This document shows positions 1-3,215 of a stretch of DNA of 3,215 nucleotides, in pieces. A program made the translations under genes and the position numbers. How positions within the stretch are numbered: position 1 is the first letter of the stretch; every line of letters starts with the position of its first letter. Origin of the DNA: a virus (taxonomy: Duplodnaviria; Heunggongvirae; Uroviricota; Caudoviricetes); IMG/VR virus record IMGVR_UViG_2667527595_000027, positions 1 through 3,215 of that record; one strand, 5' to 3'. Below the pieces are notes generated by a model. The model was given only the letters and a program-made list of their open reading frames with translations, ran no database searches and was not told the DNA's origin.

Positions 1-411
1 TCAAAAATTATCAAACCCGGCAAAGTCACCGCCGCCGTGGCAGGGATGGTTTCCGGGATGACAGTCGCCAANNAAGGAGAGGTGGCGAATAAGCGGATCG
101 CGCAGATAGGACGGCAGCAGGCGCAGTGAGGCCATGGCCTCATCTACCGCGCCGCGTGCCTGTTTTCTGGCGTCTCCTGCCAGTGTGATTGTTTTGTCCT
201 GTTTTTCCTGTGCGTCCAGGCTTTTATTAATCAGGTTGCCCAGCGGCGTGGCGGAGAACGCCGCATCAGCCATTTCCTGGCGGCGCTCGTTCTCTGCCCG
301 GTAGGCATCCAGCCAGGAGGAAAGCGCGGATTCAGGAGCGGGGATCCCCGTTCCTTCACGCCCCACTGCGTGGCGCGGTTGTTGCCAGTCCCTGATGTAC
401 TCTGCCGTCAT
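1..411 (-). CDS. Hypothetical protein, 136 aa, with a C-terminal Cys/His cluster (GDCHPGNHPCHGGG); last gene of the minus-strand cassette
   Basis: ATG at 409-411 and TGA at 1-3 on the minus strand. It starts 6 nt after the stop of the upstream 121-aa gene, with only a weak SD (GAAG), consistent with coupled reinitiation. GC-rich relative to the rest of the cassette by eye. Two codons are undetermined because of NN at 72-73. No family recognised. Confidence 0.5.
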   Translation of the reverse strand: MTAEYIRDWQQPRHAVGREGTGIPAPESALSSWLDAYRAENERRQEMADAAFSATPLGNLINKSLDAQEKQDKTITLAGDARKQARGAVDEAMASLRLLPSYLRDPLIRHLSXXGDCHPGNHPCHGGGDFAGFDNF

Positions 412-417
412 AGTGAT

Positions 418-783
418 TTACTTCGTCATGCCATTCAGGGTGTCGCGGCAGACTGTAGCCAGCCGCTGAATTTCCAGCACGGTGTCTTCTGTGTCGGCAT
501 GGCGATGTGTGATGCGGATGCTGTCGGCAATCACATTGACGATTGCAGAGGATGGGCGCTGGTAAATGCCAATAACGGACGGGGTGCCACCTTCAATGCG
601 GTAAAGCCTGTAATTTCCCTCGTGGCTGTCAATCATGTAGCGACCATCAATAACAATCTTTCCGTCAGCGAGCTGCGGTACAAGCAGGGATTTCAGGTAC
701 ATGTCATAACGTTCACGCACGCGAACGGCAAGATCACGCTCTGTGTTGAGCAGGTATTCAAGAAAGTCGTTGGCGAGAATCAT
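418..783 (-). CDS. Hypothetical protein, 121 aa
   Basis: ATG at 781-783 preceded by a GAGGA Shine-Dalgarno about 8 nt upstream; TAA at 418-420. The antisense plus-strand ORF 370-948 has a GTG start and a Cys/His-rich, low-complexity-looking product, so the minus frame is preferred. No family recognised. Confidence 0.55.
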   Translation of the reverse strand: MILANDFLEYLLNTERDLAVRVRERYDMYLKSLLVPQLADGKIVIDGRYMIDSHEGNYRLYRIEGGTPSVIGIYQRPSSAIVNVIADSIRITHRHADTEDTVLEIQRLATVCRDTLNGMTK

Positions 784-924
784 TGCGGCAATCCTCTTGT
801 TACAGATGTGCGAAGGCCTCCCGCCACAAGGTGCAGGAAAGACCCGGAACAGGAATTAATGGAGTTTGTTTTGCTGCCGGATGAGCTGCTGAAGCCCGAC
901 GTGGTTTCCGGCAGTTGGAGGTGC

Positions 925-1170
925 TCATGCTCTGATTTCCCTCAGTAGCTGGTTGAACATCTGGGTTAGTGGGTTGCTACACCCAAACGGCATCGGGTTT
1001 ACCTGATAAGAAAAGCGACCGCCTGTTTTGCGCTCTTTTCTTATGACTGAACCGCTGCGCCAGAGACGGCGTAGCTCCGCATTAATGGTTGTGGTTGGTG
1101 TATTCAGTGCTGCGGCGATTTCTCCACCGCTACAACCCGGATTGGCAGCGATGTAGTCCAGAATGGTCAT
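925..1170 (-). CDS. Putative winged-helix DNA-binding protein, 81 aa (a longer 100-aa form from a TTG at 1225-1227 is possible)
   Basis: ATG at 1168-1170 with AGGAG (plus-strand 1179-1183) 8 nt upstream. The ATG overlaps the TGA of the upstream gene as ATGA. The sequence ILDYIAANPGCSGGEIAAAL...INAELRRLWRSGSVIRKERKTGGRFSY reads as helix-turn-helix followed by a basic beta-hairpin wing. Fold is inferred by eye only. Confidence 0.55.
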   Translation of the reverse strand: MTILDYIAANPGCSGGEIAAALNTPTTTINAELRRLWRSGSVIRKERKTGGRFSYQVNPMPFGCSNPLTQMFNQLLREIRA

Positions 1171-1370
1171 CTGCGTGACTCCTGTACCTGTCTGATAAGA
1201 TTTACCTGCACCACGTTGGTGGCGCAAAAGTAAGTGCCGTCAGTGAGATAGATGTGATGTGCATCCTTTTCTGAACGGTGTTTGTCGATTGTGGTAATCA
1301 GGCGTTCGTCAACTTCGTATTCACGTCCTTTGGAGGTGAAACGAACGACGGGAAAATGCTTAATTGCCAT
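1167..1370 (-). CDS. Hypothetical small protein, 67 aa (MAIKHFPVVRF...)
   Basis: ATG at 1368-1370 sits 4 nt downstream of a perfect AGGAGG (plus-strand 1375-1380 = CCTCCT). The ORF track's longer version starts at a GTG at 1419-1421 and lacks this SD. The stop TGA at 1167-1169 overlaps the next gene's ATG. Confidence 0.55.
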   Translation of the reverse strand: MAIKHFPVVRFTSKGREYEVDERLITTIDKHRSEKDAHHIYLTDGTYFCATNVVQVNLIRQVQESRR

Positions 1371-1456
1371 TACGCCTCCTTGGCGTGTGCGAATACCTCC
1401 GCGAATGCGGATTGTTTTCACATTTTCTTATTTAACCTGGGGTCTTATTTGCGCGG

Positions 1457-1570
1457 TTATTCTTCAGTGAAAAAGCGTTCAATCTTTTTTACTGAATTAA
1501 TAATTCGCATAATCCCAATGGCGCAGACCACCGAAATAATCAGAACAAGCCATGAGATAAATATACTCAT
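1457..1570 (-). CDS. Small predicted single-pass membrane peptide, 37 aa (MSIFISWLVLIISVVCAIGIMRIINSVKKIERFFTEE); absent from the ORF track
   Basis: Translated by hand from the reverse complement of 1457-1570. ATG at 1568-1570 overlaps the TGA of the upstream 80-aa gene (ATGA). A hydrophobic stretch of about 20 residues is followed by a charged C-terminal tail (KKIERFFTEE). It lies in the most AT-rich part of the cassette. Only a weak SD (GGGAAA) is present. Confidence 0.4.
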   Translation of the reverse strand: MSIFISWLVLIISVVCAIGIMRIINSVKKIERFFTEE

Positions 1571-1809
1571 GCGATATTTCCCAGCTTATACGGTTCAATA
1601 TGTTCCCCGCATTCTGCGGCATAGATCAGCTCGGAAAGTTCGTTAAGTGCATCCAGATCATCAGCGTAAAAAGCCACGTCATACAGACTTCGGATTGCTC
1701 TGGTCAATGAGTCACGGGCCGCACGTTCAGCATGAGCGCCTGATGCACTTAAGCGAAAATAAAAACGCTCAAGTGCTTTGTTAATGAGAGTTTTATATTC
1801 TTTGCCCAT
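1567..1809 (-). CDS. Hypothetical protein, 80 aa from the ATG (the track's 81-aa form starts one codon earlier at a GTG, 1810-1812)
   Basis: ATG at 1807-1809 with an AAGGG SD-like motif about 7 nt upstream, and 11 nt after the TAA of the 92-aa gene. TGA at 1567-1569. No family recognised. Confidence 0.5.
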   Translation of the reverse strand: MGKEYKTLINKALERFYFRLSASGAHAERAARDSLTRAIRSLYDVAFYADDLDALNELSELIYAAECGEHIEPYKLGNIA

Positions 1810-1820
1810 CACAACGCCCT

Positions 1821-2099
1821 TTAATCTGCTTTCTGAATTTCAGCTTCTGAATCCATACAAATAATTTCGATATAGGGGTCATCGCCATTAACCTGACGTG
1901 CCTTTTCAGCTTCGCTAATGATTTCTCGTACGGTCTGGTACGGAAGCTCCACAGTCAGGCGCGTACCGTTCAGATAAACGTAAGTAGCTGCGTTTTTTTC
2001 GGATGGAACAACTCCGTCAATGGCTGATGCGCGTAATAACAGTTCACCGCGAAAATCAATAAAACGGATAAATACACCTTGTGCATGCTCTTTGGTCAT
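1821..2099 (-). CDS. Hypothetical protein, 92 aa; first gene of the minus-strand cassette in this window
   Basis: ATG at 2097-2099 with AGGTG 4 nt upstream; TAA at 1821-1823. Its upstream promoter region runs into the ambiguous-base cluster at 2125-2135, so no promoter can be read. Confidence 0.5.
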   Translation of the reverse strand: MTKEHAQGVFIRFIDFRGELLLRASAIDGVVPSEKNAATYVYLNGTRLTVELPYQTVREIISEAEKARQVNGDDPYIEIICMDSEAEIQKAD

Positions 2100-2124
2100 A
2101 AAGCACCTGTTATAAATCAGCCTG

Positions 2125-2135
2125 NNTNATNNACN
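2125..2135. other. Cluster of ambiguous base calls (7 Ns interleaved with called bases) at the cassette/chromosome junction
   Basis: The sequence reads cctgNNtNatNNacNc. Ns mixed with called bases indicate consensus uncertainty rather than a scaffold gap. Confidence 0.9.
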
Positions 2136-2136
2136 C

Positions 2137-2361
2137 AGTTACGGCGCACCGAAAATTGGTGACATTCCGCGTGATTTCCGCGCTGTGCTGGTGCCGAGCG
2201 ACGATAAAGTCGGCCCATTCGGGGCGAAATCGATCTCGGAAATCGGTGTAAATGGTGCCGCTCCGGCGATTGCTACCGCAATTCACGATGCCTGCGGCAT
2301 CTGGTTACGCGAATGGCATTTCACACCGGAGAAAATACTCACCGCGCTGGAAAAAATATAA
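2137..2361 (+). pseudogene. xdhD: 3' remnant of a xanthine dehydrogenase / aldehyde oxidase family molybdenum-binding subunit gene (xdhD-like), about 74 codons with no start codon
   Basis: The frame ending at TAA 2359-2361 translates to ...GPFGAKSISEIGVNGAAPAIATAIHDACGIWLREWHFTPEKILTALEKI, which resembles the conserved C-terminal region of Mo-binding subunits of this family. The frame has no ATG and is open only back to a TAA at 2113-2115. It lies directly upstream of xanQ, as xdhD does in E. coli K-12 (gene order recalled, not checked). The start coordinate is approximate because of Ns at 2125-2135. Confidence 0.55.
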
Positions 2362-2370
2362 GTAATAAAT

Positions 2371-2399
2371 GGCCGCTTCGGCGGCCTGTTTCTCTGTTT
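2371..2399 (+). terminator. Intrinsic (Rho-independent) terminator after the xdhD remnant
   Basis: GGCCGC-TTCG-GCGGCC forms a perfect 6-bp GC stem with a tetraloop (2371-2386), followed by a T-rich tract TGTTTCTCTGTTT (2387-2399). Confidence 0.7.
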
Positions 2400-2513
2400 G
2401 AGCGATGACTAAATAGTGACTGCGAAAATGAGATAAGCCGTTCTCAAGGCGTCCTGCGCCCCAAATTCGTGGGAATTTATTTTACTAATTCAGATGATCA
2501 AATTTACTTTAAA

Positions 2514-2518
2514 AGGAG
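2514..2518 (+). promoter_or_regulatory. Shine-Dalgarno (AGGAG) for xanQ
   Basis: AGGAG lies 7 nt upstream of the ATG at 2526. Confidence 0.6.
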
Positions 2519-2525
2519 TGAAGGG

Positions 2526-3215
2526 ATGTCTGATATAAACCATGCAGGTTCTGACCTTATATTTGAACTGGAGGATCGCCCTCCCTTTCATCAGGCTCTC
2601 GTAGGTGCCATTACCCATCTGTTGGCAATTTTCGTTCCGATGGTAACCCCCGCGTTAATCGTGGGTGCGGCCTTACAGCTTTCCGCTGAAACAACTGCCT
2701 ATCTTGTTTCTATGGCGATGATCGCCTCTGGTATTGGTACCTGGTTACAAGTAAACCGCTACGGCATCGTCGGTTCTGGTTTACTTTCAATTCAGTCAGT
2801 CAATTTTTCATTTGTTACGGTCATGATTGCGCTGGGTAGCAGCATGAAAAGCGACGGTTTTCACGAAGAGTTAATCATGTCGTCGCTACTCGGCGTCTCC
2901 TTCGTTGGCGCATTTCTGGTTGTCGGCTCTTCTTTTATCCTGCCCTATTTACGTCGGGTTATTACGCCTACCGTCAGCGGCATTGTGGTGCTGATGATCG
3001 GCTTAAGTCTGATTAAAGTTGGCATTATTGATTTTGGCGGTGGTTTTGCAGCTAAAAGCAGCGGTACGTTCGGCAATTACGAGCATCTCGGCGTTGGCTT
3101 ATTGGTTTTGATTGTGGTGATCGGCTTTAACTGCTGCAGCAGTCCGTTGCTACGCATGGGTGGGATCGCCATTGGGCTATGTGTCGGCTATATCGCATCG
3201 TTATGCCTGGGCATG
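2526..3215 (+). CDS. xanQ: Xanthine permease XanQ (NAT/NCS2 family), N-terminal 230 aa; the CDS continues beyond the window end
   Basis: ATG at 2526 with a good SD. The translation MSDINHAGSDLIFELEDRPPFHQALVGAITHLLAIFVPMVTPALIVGAALQLS... matches what I recall of the E. coli XanQ (YgfO) N-terminus. It is strongly hydrophobic with several predicted transmembrane segments, and the frame stays open to the window end. Confidence 0.85.
   Translation, partial: MSDINHAGSDLIFELEDRPPFHQALVGAITHLLAIFVPMVTPALIVGAALQLSAETTAYLVSMAMIASGIGTWLQVNRYGIVGSGLLSIQSVNFSFVTVMIALGSSMKSDGFHEELIMSSLLGVSFVGAFLVVGSSFILPYLRRVITPTVSGIVVLMIGLSLIKVGIIDFGGGFAAKSSGTFGNYEHLGVGLLVLIVVIGFNCCSSPLLRMGGIAIGLCVGYIASLCLGM

Noticed and set aside
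370-948. Plus-strand ORF of 192 aa
   Set aside because: It has a GTG start and no convincing SD, the product is Cys/His-rich and looks like antisense translation, and it lies entirely antisense to the better-supported 121-aa minus-strand gene and the intergenic region.
1167-1421. Longer 84-aa form of the 67-aa gene (GTG start at 1419-1421) and longer 100-aa form of the wHTH gene (TTG start at 1225-1227)
   Set aside because: Both are non-ATG starts without an SD. The internal ATGs have strong SDs (AGGAGG, AGGAG) and produce an ATGA overlap. The longer wHTH form would also overlap the upstream gene by about 60 nt.
1553-1561. 9-mer ATGAGATAA shared between 1552-1560 and 2427-2435
   Set aside because: A single short exact repeat with no flanking similarity. 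It could be chance and is not positioned as an insertion-site duplication around the junction at about 2100-2136.
1278-1646. Plus-strand ORFs of 122 aa (1278-1646) and 62 aa (1282-1470)
   Set aside because: They are antisense to the 67-aa gene, the 37-aa peptide gene and the 80-aa gene, all of which have SD motifs or ATGA coupling. The products are low-complexity and show no recognisable domain features.
2398-2525. Possible sigma-70 promoter for xanQ
   Set aside because: Several weak -35/-10-like hexamers (for example TTGAGC at 2399-2404 and AT-rich stretches at 2478-2510) can be picked out, but none has consensus spacing I could defend without a scoring tool. I report only the SD.
1-3215. 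CRISPR arrays, tRNA/rRNA genes, IS elements or integrase genes
   Set aside because: No regularly spaced direct repeats, no cloverleaf-like conserved tRNA sequences, no terminal inverted repeats bracketing a transposase-sized ORF, and no ORF large enough to be an integrase or transposase were found.

Overview
The window has two parts. Positions 1-2100 carry seven tightly packed minus-strand ORFs (37-136 aa) that I cannot assign to any known family from sequence alone. Three junctions suggest translational coupling: two ATGA stop/start overlaps and one 6-nt spacer. One gene is a predicted winged-helix DNA-binding protein, and one is a 37-aa single-transmembrane peptide that the ORF track missed (below its length cutoff). 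Positions 2116-3215 look like ordinary E. coli-type chromosome on the plus strand: a start-less 3' remnant of a xanthine dehydrogenase Mo-binding subunit gene (xdhD-like), a clean intrinsic terminator, then the 5' 690 bp of the xanthine permease gene xanQ (ygfO). The two parts meet at about 2100-2136, exactly where a cluster of ambiguous bases sits. My reading is that a foreign accessory cassette has inserted into or replaced most of xdhD. The cassette is the candidate undescribed system, but every functional call on it is inference; no homology search or structure prediction was possible here. No tRNA, rRNA, CRISPR array, IS element or integrase is visible in the window.
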